A stretch of DNA of 64,000 nucleotides from Neophaeotheca triangularis (lineage: Eukaryota), in NCBI GenBank assembly GCA_054600435.1, contig BAAIJX010000060.1, positions 62,001 to 126,000 of the forward strand, read 5' to 3'. How positions within the stretch are numbered: position 1 is the first letter of the stretch; every line of letters starts with the position of its first letter. The notes beneath the pieces were generated by a model. It did not search any database. It saw only the letters and a list, made by a program, of their open reading frames with translations, and was not told where the DNA came from. Below are positions 10,928 to 24,495 of this stretch, one piece after another. The translations under genes and the position numbers were made by a program.

Positions 10928-12644
10928 ACATGCTGGTCTACAATGCCTTTGTATGCTTAGGAAACTCGAGAGCAGCGGTTTATATGCCTAGCAATGGTCA
11001 GCGCCCAAGTGGGCGCAACGGGGCGTAGAGGGGGCGAAGGTCAGTCGAGAGGACACCCGTAGGCTGCAATCCAGGGTGTGTGCTCTCATCAGTCTATCAA
11101 CATTGCAGGCTGTGTAGGAGACTGAGCACCACCTACCTCTTAGATTGTGCCTTATGTCTATGCGTCCTTCTATAAGGCCTGACACGAAGAGGCGCATGTC
11201 ATAATGCACAGCCTGGGTACCTGTATCTTCCGCGCAAAAGCTGGGATATCAAGATCATTGCCTGAAGACGTGGCATTGGCGTGAAAGTGGCTGTGACAAG
11301 TCCTCTTCGCTGCCTTAATCACCGGTCAAAGCCACCGCAAGCACAGCCCATAGCCACCATAGTACATCGCGATCAAACCACGCCGTCGCAGTTACGTTCG
11401 CTGGGAAGAAGCTGCGCCACCGTCTCCTTGGCTCTACCATGCGGTGCCGCATCATGGCTCTCCAGCTCGCATAGGCGAGTTGCTGGGTCGTTTTCTCCCG
11501 GCCAAGCAGCGCAGCGCACTGCCAGTCCACCAAACCTCTATTGCGCAGTCAGCTACAACGGCGGTGTTGCCGCTAATCAGAGCTCCCAAGGGCACGTATG
11601 GCGGGTTATATAATAAGGCAGCTCCCTTCCGGATGGAAAAGAGAACTAAAAGGCCAGCGGTTTTATTCTGCGCGGCTAGTGGCGGGTCTTCTCAGTAACA
11701 TCATCAGGTGTTTCCGTCGCTATGCTGGGTCCGAAAGAGGAAGTTCTGCAAGGTAGACCATCGTTTTTCCTTTTCCAGCTTGCGCGCGCGGGGGTGGTAT
11801 GGCCGTGGGCGCGGGTGGGCGTGGGTGGACTTGCATATGCATAAATAGCGCCCGACGGTATCTTTTTTCTGATAAAGGTCTTGATCCCGGGTGTCTGAGA
11901 GGGATGGTGAACATATCTTGCGCCCATCAATAGTGGCAATATTGTTGTGCTGCCGTTGCTGACTCTTCCGCCGCCCTGGCACGTCACACTGGACGACGTC
12001 GAATGGATTGCGTGATGGGGCACCTCATGGACGAATAACCAATATTTGCAATGGCACGACCCTCAGCTACAAGCAATTTCGAAGCTTGGCTGGCCCATTG
12101 TCAGTTTGGAGAGTACTTGGGTAGGGTGAAGGTTGGATGGATTGATTTTGCTGCAGGATTATTGTTTATCATTAACAGGGTACGTACTCGGTAACGTTCC
12201 AAGGTTAAAAGGTATCTATCAAACGACGTTCTGGACGACGTTTCACCTCACTTCCTCGTGCGGGACCCATCGTCTCCACAGTCGATTCTTCATTGGCCAA
12301 AAACGAAGAGCGCACGTGGCCGCGCAAGGGTCCGGACTTTACTACCCGTACATACGTACCCACACTTTCCAACGACATCCGACCGCGATCTCATCAATGA
12401 GGGGTTTTTGCCAGCCAACTGCAGACCATCTTCCCTTACCGCACCGATAATGCGCGGCAGGATGTTGCGGACATGGCGCATTGCAATGCAAAAACGATCT
12501 CAATTACAAGTATCTAGGCTCGAGCGATGAACCAACTTGCATCGCGTCGCAAGCAACGGTTCCCTTTGACAGGAATATCATCGGACCAGCTACTTGACCT
12601 CCCTCGGAAATGATCACATAGGCCTACGCTACCGAACCAGTCAA

Positions 12645-14288
12645 TCATAAATGCGCAGACTCAATAGTATCATTCGAGTCGTGAGGGCCAAATGGTAGCG
12701 CCTTCAACGACTCGACGATCCTGCGGCACTTCGCTCCTACGATCCTCAATTGACGGCGAGGACTTCCTCGACGGGGAAGAAAGTGGGCTGGGGGAGTATG
12801 ATAACTCATGACTGGCTCAGAATCTCTGCATCGAGTATCCGCACCGCTCGCTTGGCTCCCGCTAGATTCGGGTGTGAGAGAGAAGCCGGAGCTACGCTCG
12901 ACCCGCAACATGGGGGAAGATCGATCTCGGTCGGTGTAGGGAGCGAAAGGGGCTTGCGGAAACGAGAGTATGTCGTAAGAATCGGCATTTTCATGGCCGT
13001 ACTGTTTTGTGTGCATGCGGTCGTAGGAGAGCGCAGTACTAGTGTTGGAGGGGCCGGCAACCGGGTGATATTGAGCTATCGCTCCACCCACTCCGAATGT
13101 TATGTTGGATGGCTCGCGCTGGTAATCAAGATCAGGGATCAAAGAGTCAAAGTGGCCAGTATTAGTCCGGTGAGTGCCCCCAGGGTCGCCGCCACGGTCG
13201 GAAAAGGTATTACGAGTCCTAGCCGAGACTTGGGACACCGTTTCATGGGCTTGATGTGACAGTATAGAGGACTCGATCAGTGCCTCCGAGCTCCATGGTT
13301 GGCTGTACAGCGACTGAGGGTGATGTTGGTTGCCGGATACCATAGCATCAGTATCTACCGAGTGCAGCATCACCGGTGGATGACTTGTTTCGAATAATGG
13401 CTGGCCAGGAAGGCTGGGTAGCGAATTCAAGATCTGGTCCGAGCGGTCCCATTCCAACCAGCCTGCAAGGCAGAGTTGCATTTGAGGGATGACTTCGTCG
13501 TCTCCTCTAGCGAGCTGGAAAAGAACTGTCAAAACGTCGCAGAGGGGTCTCCGGGTTATATCCGCAGCGAGCCAGTCCAAAAGCAAGGCTTGCAGATACT
13601 TGGGGAAGCTCCAGTCTGCCTGTCCACAGCCGTCCGACCAGTGACGGGATACATGAGCTGCATACTCGCTGTTGCCATGGAAGCACTGTCCACAAATGCC
13701 ACATGCAAGCCTTGTGCGACACTCTTGGTCGCGTTTGCCGGCATCAACATGCCGGCAGACCTCCCTTCTCTGGCAGCAAGCATGATGTTGGGACAAGTGT
13801 TCCCTGAAGCGATACTCGCGAGTAAAGGGCTTGCTTTGTGGGCAGATTGAGCATACCCACTCTCGTGATGCATTACACTTCTCTTCCAGATGCCTCTTTA
13901 AATCTGCAGAGCGGCCGATTGGCCGCCAACAAAGCGGGCACAAGTGCAAGTTTGATTGAGGTGCGTTTCCGTTGCTGTGCTGCGTGTCGGCGTCGCGGGG
14001 AATGCGTTGAGCGTGGAGGTCTCTATCGTCTGGGTGAGGTTCGGCTATGGGGGGCAAGTCTAGGCGAATGTCGCCGTCGGTATCGAGGGGAACGATATTC
14101 GAGTTGAGACCCTGCAACAGCGCATGGGCTGTCGTCAATGCATCTTGGGGTGGGTAATGGCCGTGATACCGCCGGTGCTCAGCGCAGTAACCCTCCAGCA
14201 CGTCGGCGAGGCTGAAGTATTGAACAAGATAGTGATAAATGTTAGGAGTGGGAGGGGACTCATGGGAGGTCTGGTAATCGTTGCTCAT
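12645..14288 (-). CDS. Zinc-finger protein (C2HC plus C2H2 fingers), paralog B
   Basis: The first in-frame ATG is 14288 (MSNDYQ); the track start at 14519 is not ATG. Motifs CPLC..HLEEKC, CSIC..HLSQHH and CGICG..HVSRH are colinear with paralog A. Confidence 0.8.
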   Translation of the reverse strand: MSNDYQTSHESPPTPNIYHYLVQYFSLADVLEGYCAEHRRYHGHYPPQDALTTAHALLQGLNSNIVPLDTDGDIRLDLPPIAEPHPDDRDLHAQRIPRDADTQHSNGNAPQSNLHLCPLCWRPIGRSADLKRHLEEKCNASREWVCSICPQSKPFTREYRFREHLSQHHACCQRREVCRHVDAGKRDQECRTRLACGICGQCFHGNSEYAAHVSRHWSDGCGQADWSFPKYLQALLLDWLAADITRRPLCDVLTVLFQLARGDDEVIPQMQLCLAGWLEWDRSDQILNSLPSLPGQPLFETSHPPVMLHSVDTDAMVSGNQHHPQSLYSQPWSSEALIESSILSHQAHETVSQVSARTRNTFSDRGGDPGGTHRTNTGHFDSLIPDLDYQREPSNITFGVGGAIAQYHPVAGPSNTSTALSYDRMHTKQYGHENADSYDILSFPQAPFAPYTDRDRSSPMLRVERSSGFSLTPESSGSQASGADTRCRDSEPVMSYHTPPAHFLPRRGSPRRQLRIVGAKCRRIVESLKALPFGPHDSNDTIESAHL

Positions 14289-15559
14289 CCTCGCTCGACT
14301 TTCACCAGCAGATAGCCTTGAATAAAATCGAACGTTGTATTGCGAACGCCGTGATGATTCAAGATGCTCGGAAGTGGGACCATAGTATCTCTGCTCAAGG
14401 GGGCCGGTGAAGCATGGAGGGTGAAACTGAAATTTGGCGGCGTGTAAACATTCGAATTTTGAAGTTGTGGGTTGCCTCGATCGACCAGATACCGGCTTTC
14501 CCAGAAGTACATAGTTCAACAGGGCGCTGACGACGCCCTATTTGGGCGCCTGCGAGTACTCACTAAGCTAAGAGTTATGCTGTGCCAAGCACCGTGCTAT
14601 GCTTCTGCTGGGTTCGAGTCGTCCACACGCCCAAGGTATCTTCTTAGCGGCCCGGTCAAAAGCACCGTCGCACAGCGTGGCTGACAGCGAACTAGTTGTT
14701 GGCAAATTCCAACCAGATGGCCGGCGGATGAGGAGACTCGTTCAAATAGGCTTTCGTCTCGTGCTTGGATGGATTTGGGCTGCCATTCTGTAGTGCAGGG
14801 CTCGCGCACGAATGTGCTCCCAGGCCGCAGACGTAAGAGCACGGCTCATGTCAGTATAAAGCACTGCCCAACAAGCGAAGCAGCAGAAGCGTTCAACTGC
14901 CAAGGCAAAGTCGGCTTCATGGTATTCGGATAACATTGCCAATCGCAAGGCGCGAGCTCTCTATCCAGACGGGCATTGGCGCAGCATAGGCTTCCCGGGG
15001 TCTGGACTTTTTGATCGACCTTCACGTCATCTCTTCGCTGGCGGTACGAAGTAGCTCTGTAGCATTGGCGCGTTGCAGGTTCGGCAGGCATGCTGCTCGC
15101 TTGAGCATGCGCCACTGCTTAGTTATGCGCCAGGAGCGGACTGCCTGTTTTCTACGGTGTCCTATTCTTTCTGTTGCTACCAAAATTCTCACAATTGGAC
15201 GCGCGACTAAAGGCTTGATCGCAATCTGACTTGAAGTTGCGCATAGTCCCCAGAGTCTAGTCTGGCGGCAATGCTTCGCCTGTCGAAATCGGTTCGCATG
15301 CCTTTCCTGTCTGGCCTTTCGGTACGCAGCTTCACCGAGTCAGTGGTCTTTGCCCTACTACAACTGTTGACTATTCGCACTGCTCAGTGTCGTCGAAAAG
15401 GATTTTCGAAGGGCTGTCGTAGTTGATGTCTGAAGCGATGCATCTCCGCTCCAGGCTTGATCGTTTACACAAGCGGGTGAACATCATCGGACTCAGCCTC
15501 GCCACGCCTGTCGTGATGATGACCGGCTCTGAAACAAACGAACCTTTGACTTCGAATGT

Positions 15560-17197
15560 AACGAGTGATGAGAGACTGTCATATCGGCTACCTTAGCGGA
15601 GGTGAAGTTGAAATAAAGCTACGCACGTGCCCGCCGGGCACCAATGCAGCCCCGGATGCCCACCCTACTTGTATCCAACAGAAAAAACCCATTGTGTTCG
15701 ACAGCGTGACTCCAGCGCATCATCACTTGGAAGTATTCAGGAGTACCTGGGCTCTAGCTCCGCGAATGGTCAATTGACATGGCACCCTGGTTGGACTACT
15801 AGCGCTGAGGCCGACCCATTGGCGGACCCGTCGCAACCCATGCACGCCTCTAAAGACGATGGAGACACGCTTGCAGCTTCTCTGATGCGTCCAAATCGAC
15901 ATGCATGGAGCAACGTTTATAGTTTCGTGGGTAGTGAAGTTTGGAACTGTCCCACCAGGTCACCGCACGAAAGGCGACCAAGGAACGCTCAACAGGTTGA
16001 CAAGTCTTCAAATGCTCAAGGAGCTAAGATGTCCGCCCCGCTCTTCCCAGACCCGCCCCCTATGAAGACCGTGAGGACACCCTGTCGGGAAGCATCGATC
16101 CGGCGGTGCCGACACCACTTGAGCAAAGAGCTAGCTAGCAACGATGACGGATAGAGCTTCATCGTTCTTGCTTCCCATGCAACGCGTGGAAAAGCCAGGT
16201 GCCCTTCGAGTGTGACATCCGCGACCCGGGGCAAGTATTACTGGCACCAAAAGTCTCGAAATGGTTTGCGCCGATGATTGGGCTCATCGTCGACCCTGAA
16301 TGGAAGCTTTCACTACTTATGGCGTTGTTCTTACTCGAAAAGCTATCACTCTCCTTGCGTGGACAGAGACGAATCTTCGCTTTCATTAAGTCCAGAAGCG
16401 CGTGTAGCTGATGGGGTAGCGGCTCTTCAAGACTCTTCCAAGGTCAGCCGTTGGAGATGTCCCTACTCTCAACTTTGATTCGGGGGTTACCTCCGGCGAT
16501 ACCCAGCGTTCATTGATATAGTGACGTTCTATCTCGTGGAACCACTTCCTAACGCTCATAAGCGGAGTGAGGAGCCGAGTGATTGGGAGATAATCACGGT
16601 TGAAAGGGACTGATGCGGGCTGCAAGCTTATCCTAAGCCGCTGAGCGAGAGCAGAGGCTGATGTGAAACAGGGGCCACGATGCTTCGCTAGCTAGACGAC
16701 CGAAGCGCAACGAATGGCAATTACTACTGAATGATCGAGTGAGGAAAGGGGCTCTTTTCAAGGTCAACCAAAGGTAAATCTAGTCCCGCTTCACCTACCA
16801 GTTGTTGCCGGGTGATTTACAGCATTCTGCTTCGGAGAACGATGCAGTGATGGATGCGCTACAAAACAACTTCCTCATCAGACAAATCACGGCACGACCA
16901 GCGAAAAAGAATGACTCCTGAGCATCCCGACCGCATGTTCCGGACATGCCACTAGAGGAGAACGACTGGCAGATCAGAGCTTGTTCAATTTCCCACCAAC
17001 CGATCGACGCAGCATCTCGGCTCCAGGACTACGTCTGATCTTACGCGAGTTCCTAAGTAGACATGATGGAGATCGATCGAATACAGTCTTAGTCTTGATA
17101 GCACGCCCGTCTGCTGAAATCGCTCAGCAGTGGCCAACAAACTCAGGTAGCGGATGATTTGAAACAGCCTTTCATAGCGGATTGCTGCAGCTGGCAT
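15560..17197 (-). pseudogene. Possible decayed gene with an F-box-like N-terminus
   Basis: Fragment IRYERLFQIIRYLSL resembles an F-box start (LPxELLxxIxxYL). It is followed by short protein-like ORF pieces broken by stops and frameshifts. Boundaries are uncertain. Confidence 0.2.
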
Positions 17198-17328
17198 ATA
17201 TTAAATACTCTCTATCCGACAAGCGCTTTCAGCTAGATCGAAAAGAAGCATTTCTTCATCCTCGCATAGCAGTTTTTTGTCCAAATCGTTGAGCCTCGCG
17301 GCTTTTTTGATCTTTCCTTTCAGCCTAT

Positions 17329-17786
17329 CTAGATCATGAGCCTCTCGACCTTGTCCTTGAGCGCGCGGATCTGGCCCATCAAATCACTAGCCTCGTTGGT
17401 GGTGATGCTGCAAGAGATAACAGCCCTGCTAACACCGCAAGCGCGACCGAGCGCCATCTTGGAGGGGACGTAGACCTGTTCAATTAGTCAGCCGAGGTGT
17501 TTTCTCAGATACATGTACCCGACGCTTCCAGAGTTCTCGGTGCCAAACTCACATAAGGAGTGTTCTTGTCCTCGCACAGCAAAGGCAAGTGCAGCAGAAT
17601 CGCCAACGGCGCGGTGTCGGCGGCGAGGATGACGATCTCGGAGATACCGCGGTTGAGGGTCTTGGTGGCCTCGTTGGCACCCTTCTTCAGCTGGCGGTAG
17701 TGGGAGGACTGTTGGACCAGGTCCAAGATTTCCTGGGTGAGGGCCGCATCGGCGACGGGCCACGCTGCGCTCTGGTCATCGGCCAT
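17329..17786 (-). CDS. SNU13: Snu13/15.5K K-turn-binding protein (L7Ae family), 2 exons
   Basis: [45 protein letters not shown]. Intron 17476-17552 (GTGAGT..GCTGAC..CAG) restores [19 protein letters not shown]...VERLMI*. Confidence 0.97.
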
Positions 17787-18184
17787 TGCGGAGGTTTTGA
17801 GGTTCGTGAGACTGGTCGTTTATTGAAGGTCGTAGAGGGCAAGGCTCACTCGTGAGGAGGGCGAGAGATCACGGCCTTGGGATTATGGTGGAGGGTGGTT
17901 GTCGCAAACCGAAGTTCAAGCTTGAGCTTTTGCTGTAGAATTATTTCCAATTTCGCTGCACGGCTGCCTGAGGCGAGACGTCCAAGCTCGCCTGCTGCAC
18001 GTGACGCCTCAACTTCTTGGCGTTGGCCCGGATAGCTTCTGACGACTCCTGCTGGGCTTGAACGGCGTCACGACAGCAATAATCCACACCTCGCGCACTC
18101 TCATCACAATCATCAACAGCACCACCTCCCCGACGTAATCGACAGGCCAAACACCGAAAGAACAGCTAGTTCTCTACCGCAAAG

Positions 18185-19202
18185 ATGGTTGTCAACGACA
18201 TGTGGTACGTCTACACCAGCTATGGCACTTGCCAGGAGCTCTCCATGTGGCATGAACTGGGCACAATATGCGACATCATGTCCTCAATGCCTGCGTTTTG
18301 TTCTCCTCTCCTGAGTAGTAATGCTGACGAGTTTGCTTTCATAGCCCCGTGTATGCCGTAAGTGCCACCCTAACCGCCAGCACACGCCGCCCCCGAAGGA
18401 CAGCTGCTTGGGCCTGCACTGCGAGATCTGCGATGGCTATCAGCTGCGCTGAATATAGCACGAGGGACGAGACTGCTAAAGAGCACGATATGAAAATGCA
18501 TGGCTACGAACAATAACACTGACTCGGAAAAATAGCCGTTCTTTGGAGCGATGGGCTGCACGTCTGCAATTGTCTTCACCTGCTTCGGAGCAGCATACGG
18601 TACCGCCAAGTCCGGTGTTGGTATCAGCGCGATGGGTGTCCTCAGGCCTGACCTGATTGTCAAGAGTACGTTTTACTGCCTACTTCTACTCCAAGAAAGG
18701 GGAAGCGGCAATGCCTAGTACCTGGGACACATGCGTCCTTCAACGGATGCTATTTGGCAGGATCAAGAGGCGCTAATTCTAACCGCCAATAGACATTATC
18801 CCGGTCATTATGGCTGGTATCATTGCAATTTACGGGCTGGTCGTCTCGGTGCTGATCTCCAACAACCTGAACTACCAAGTCTCGCTCTTCACCTCCTTCA
18901 TTCAGCTCGGTGCCGGTCTCTCTGTCGGTCTTGCTGGTCTTTCCGCTGGTTTCGCCATTGGTATCGTTGGTGACGCTGGTGTCCGTGGTACCGCGCAGCA
19001 GCCCCGCTTGTTCGTCGGAATGATCTTGATTCTCATTTTCGCAGAAGTGCTTGGTAAGTACTCCCGACTACAAGATGCTGAATGTTCCAGCACAATAGTA
19101 TGGAGTTGATGGCTGACATGCTTCCCAGGTCTTTACGGTCTGATTGTCGCCCTGCTCATGAACTCTCAAGCTGGCGGCGATGCGGACGCAATGTGCAAGT
19201 AA
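18185..19202 (+). CDS. VMA3: V-ATPase proteolipid subunit c, 5 exons
   Basis: Introns 18205-18344, 18358-18535, 18666-18792 and 19054-19128. The spliced product is [38 protein letters not shown]...[17 protein letters not shown]...[17 protein letters not shown], including the essential Glu. Confidence 0.96.
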
Positions 19203-19945
19203 AGCACGACTGAGACCTACACTGCGCCGACAAGAATTCCGACAACCAGGCGTGGAAATGTTACGAGACAAGCATGGGAAGAGCGAGAAGATGGAGAGGT
19301 CTAGCAGACAATATCTGGAGGATGAAAAGACAAGAGGCGGAGCACTGTGGGCTCGATCATGGACGGTGCTGCTCCGAGTAGCACCTTTTTAGCATGTAGT
19401 TGTAAACGGCGTTTCGAGAGTAGAGTGTACGTATGGGAGCGCTTCATTCGTCGTCTTTCTATTAATGTATGTTGGCTTGCTTTCTGTGGATGTGGATCCA
19501 GATCACATGATTGGACACGACAGACAGCGGGTGAGTGACTACTTGATTGCGATGTTTTCTCCGTGCTCGAGTTTCGACAGCCAGCAAGCAGAGAGCAGCA
19601 ATACCTACCATGTAAGTTAGAGAATATTATCAAACACAACTTACACAAGTCCGACCTCAGGCAGTGTCGCGGACTTGTGATGGTTCCAGGTTGTCGTCGA
19701 GTCTAGAGCCGGAAAATGTGGCCGCAACGGGCAATGCGCCGCGAATTACCACTTGAAGCAGCAATGCTCGGCGAGACCGGAGCAATTGCGGACGCGGAGA
19801 GGGTTTTGGCCCTTTGGGGGAAGCTACCTAACCTTGGAAGGTACAGTATCTGCCCCTCTATCGTTGGAACCCCACCTGCTCTGGTCAATACCGATGACCG
19901 AATAATACTGTAGCTCGCTCCAGATGCCGACTCTATCCTAGGTAG

Positions 19946-21458
<1,513 letters not shown>

Positions 21459-22497
21459 GTGCGCCTTGCATGTTAGGGTCCCGGGGTCCGGTCGTGGGCC
21501 GTTGTCCTTAAGCAAGCCGGCTGGAAATGAAGCGTGATTTTTCGCAAGAGTTGACCCAAGGGTAGGGATGAACGGATAAGCGCGAAGATGTGAATTGCGG
21601 GTCGGATGGGAGATACATGATTGTTGTCGAAGGTTAGCGAAGGCGTGTTGGCGGTTGGGTGTGCTGAGGTCGTTGACGACTGTTGTTAATTGGGTTCGGC
21701 GGCGGTGGCGCACGTGCTTTGCATTTTTGTGGACATGAATTGATGAATGAAAAGTAAGCAATTGAGTTTCAACACGAAATACCTACTGTATTCCGACATC
21801 CTCTCTATTCCAAGTGATGGTGCCATGTGACCTGGCCGGTGCGGTCTGCGTTCAGAAGATTGTGCGGACGCCTACTCAGGACGCCTACTCAGCCGAGCGG
21901 ACGAAACACTGACAACAATGCCCTGCACGTGAGGTACCGCTGACTTCTTCATTCTTGTTCAAGATCCCCATCGACTAAACTCAATCTCGCAGTAGACTAT
22001 TCTAAGGGGTACGGCAGCTTCATATACTTCCCGCAGCTCTTCCCACCCCACGGGGCAAACCATGCACTTCTCCACCAACCTTGATGGTTACGGCCTCAGG
22101 TACCATCTAGTCTTGAAAATAGAGCTCGAAGCCAATCTCCCATCCGCGAGGCCTGTTTGGTGCAATCGTATGCGTACGGCGAGGGAGGATTGTTTCGGCT
22201 GTTTTGCATTAAGTTTCATGCTGGCCTTTGACGGCTGTTTTGGTGGTGGTATTGCGTGCCCAATTGCCGGTGGAAAGGGATATTACATGCTTGGGTTTCT
22301 CATGGGCCGTGGCGTTTGATTTGTGCTTCGTGGTGGCCCTTTGATGCGAGTGGACTTTGAAGAAATGCATGTTCGGCAGCTGTAAAGAGTTGTCGAGGGT
22401 CTAGCTTCTGCACCATCATAGTCCAGCGCCATCGTAGAGCCACGACAGCTTCCTCTCTAGCGTATGCAGTCGTTTCGCACGTCCTCAAGCCTCCATC

Positions 22498-24102
22498 TCA
22501 TGGCCCCCCGTCATTACCCGCCAGTATCGGAGCCCAGACATCGTCGCCTTCCCAGTAGCTGTGCCGTGGGAAATTGGAGCCAACAGGATGGAACTGCAAC
22601 CGCGGAAGTTCGCCTTCTCCCTCGAGCATGAAAGCCGCCAGCTGCCTCCACTCCGCCCCAACATCCTCGTCCTTCCGCAACTCCACTCCCTCGATAAATA
22701 GCACAGCGTAGGCTTCCCCAAGAACATTAGAGCCGTCGATGTACTCCATGTTGACGAGCAGGCCCTCGAGGTAGACGCGGTCTAAGCGCAGAGAAGCGAT
22801 AAGCTCGAGCATCTCCTTGTACCCGTGTTCGAGATTCATGTCGCGCAGTTCGAGCGATTTGAGCGTGCCGGCGCGAGACTCTAACAACTCCATCACGTCT
22901 TCGGCTTCCATATCGATGCCCAAGGAGAGGTGGCGGATGTGCTCGCCCTCCCATTCGCCCGTGCTTTTCATTTCCAGCAGGATCTCGACGAGCTCGCCCG
23001 TGTACCATGCCGGTGTCATGCTGCCGTTAGCGCCGCTTTCGTGGGCAGAGTACTCGGTGAGTTGGAGGAGCTCGAGCTTCTCCGTGGCCGCTAGGAGTGC
23101 TGGAGTCGTGTCTCGGTAGCCCTTGAGCATCATGGAGTTCCCCTTGGCGACTGCGTCTTCTTTGGTGCTGATCCGGATGCTCGTCAAGTATTTGAAGGCC
23201 TTGGCGATAGTCACGCCGGGAATGTTGAAGGAGCTTGACGCGAAGCCGATGATGTCGGTGATTTCGCCACGGTCGAGCTTGGAGGCATCGTAGTTGAATA
23301 GGCCCAGGGAGAACTTGCCAACGCCGTCCAGGGTGAGGTCTGTCACGTGTTTGACCCTGTTTTGGGCGGCTCGGAATCCTACCGCTTCGAGGAGCCATAG
23401 GACCAATGGGTCACTTTTGACGGAGCAGCTGCCGAGAGTGAGGGTGTTGAAGGGTGAGTGAGTGGTTGTGTTCTTGTCCATGAAGTCATCCGGTCCGACG
23501 AGAGCCTTCTTGCGGACCGTAATCCAAGGTGGTCTGCTGTTGTGTCTTCCTTGGAAAGGTAAAGCTGCAACTGCGGAGACTTTTTGCACATGTGAGAGGC
23601 TTGCGAAGGCCTTCTTGAAGAGGAATCGGATCTTTCTTTCCCTGGCATGGAACCAGGAAGCTTGTTCGACCACCAACGGACGGTAGTGCTCGTGGTAAGC
23701 GTTGGCGAGATCGTAAGCATCGAAGTTATGCAGAGGGAGTTTGCCATAGTCAGTCTGCGCTTGAGCACGACTGATACCATCAGCAATGCTCCTCTCCCGG
23801 GCATATTCAGTAAAAGCAGGCCTAAGGTCAACGAGCTTCGCCCAACTCTTGAAGTCCAGAGGCGGCAGCTGATCGATATGGACGGTGAGTTCCCTCACGT
23901 GCTTGGATAGCGTCGAGTTGGCAATTCGCATAAGGTTCCCCAACGAGTAGTTGAGACCTACTAAGTGAAGATGCTCGAAGACGCGAGGGGAACAGACCTC
24001 GTTGAACTGTCGACTGACCATACGGCATGTCTTGTATGAGCTGAAGTCGCACTGATCGAGGAGCAGATCTAGGATCTCGTTTGGTATTTGTCGAATTGCC
24101 AT
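22498..24102 (-). CDS. F-box domain protein with an LRR-like C-terminus
   Basis: 534 aa. The N-terminal IPNEILDLLLDQC..YKTCRMVSRQF is an F-box, followed by LxxLxL repeats. Confidence 0.8.
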   Translation of the reverse strand: MAIRQIPNEILDLLLDQCDFSSYKTCRMVSRQFNEVCSPRVFEHLHLVGLNYSLGNLMRIANSTLSKHVRELTVHIDQLPPLDFKSWAKLVDLRPAFTEYARERSIADGISRAQAQTDYGKLPLHNFDAYDLANAYHEHYRPLVVEQASWFHARERKIRFLFKKAFASLSHVQKVSAVAALPFQGRHNSRPPWITVRKKALVGPDDFMDKNTTTHSPFNTLTLGSCSVKSDPLVLWLLEAVGFRAAQNRVKHVTDLTLDGVGKFSLGLFNYDASKLDRGEITDIIGFASSSFNIPGVTIAKAFKYLTSIRISTKEDAVAKGNSMMLKGYRDTTPALLAATEKLELLQLTEYSAHESGANGSMTPAWYTGELVEILLEMKSTGEWEGEHIRHLSLGIDMEAEDVMELLESRAGTLKSLELRDMNLEHGYKEMLELIASLRLDRVYLEGLLVNMEYIDGSNVLGEAYAVLFIEGVELRKDEDVGAEWRQLAAFMLEGEGELPRLQFHPVGSNFPRHSYWEGDDVWAPILAGNDGGP

Positions 24103-24495
24103 AGCCTGTTGTTACCTCCGCGTTGGGCCAAAGAGTTGTGCTGTGCTGGGTTTACCTCCCGTCTCGTTCAACCCGAGTACCAATGGTGACTTGAAGGCAG
24201 TTATGGTCTTGGAAGATTGGGCGACGGCAATAAGGACCACTCTGTGGGCGACAAAGGATGTCTCAATGAGCATATGGTCGTTGAGATTGAAGTATGTTAT
24301 GATCAAGTGAAAGTCGCAGTTGAGTCGGGTTTGAGAAGGCAAGTCATTTCGTGTCCAGTATTATCGTCTTCCTCATTCAGGCGCAGGCCTCACAGTCTCG
24401 CAGTCGCGCCCGTGCAGACAGATGTTGAAGGCAAGTGCTGCAGATAACCTGACATTAATGTAGGTAGAAAGAGCCATGTTGGATGCCGACATGCG

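Noticed and set aside
17476..17552. Autoregulatory K-turn or box C/D motif in the SNU13 intron
   Set aside because: There is a CCGAG/CTCGG stem and CTGA, but no box C or convincing tandem G-A geometry.
18367..18375. ACCCTAACC telomerase-template-like 9-mer
   Set aside because: It lies within a VMA3 intron with no surrounding TER structure; expected by chance.
21866..21891. Short tandem duplications (also about 3331-3370, 59199-59220 and 61643-61664)
   Set aside because: Ordinary 10-20 bp slippage events.
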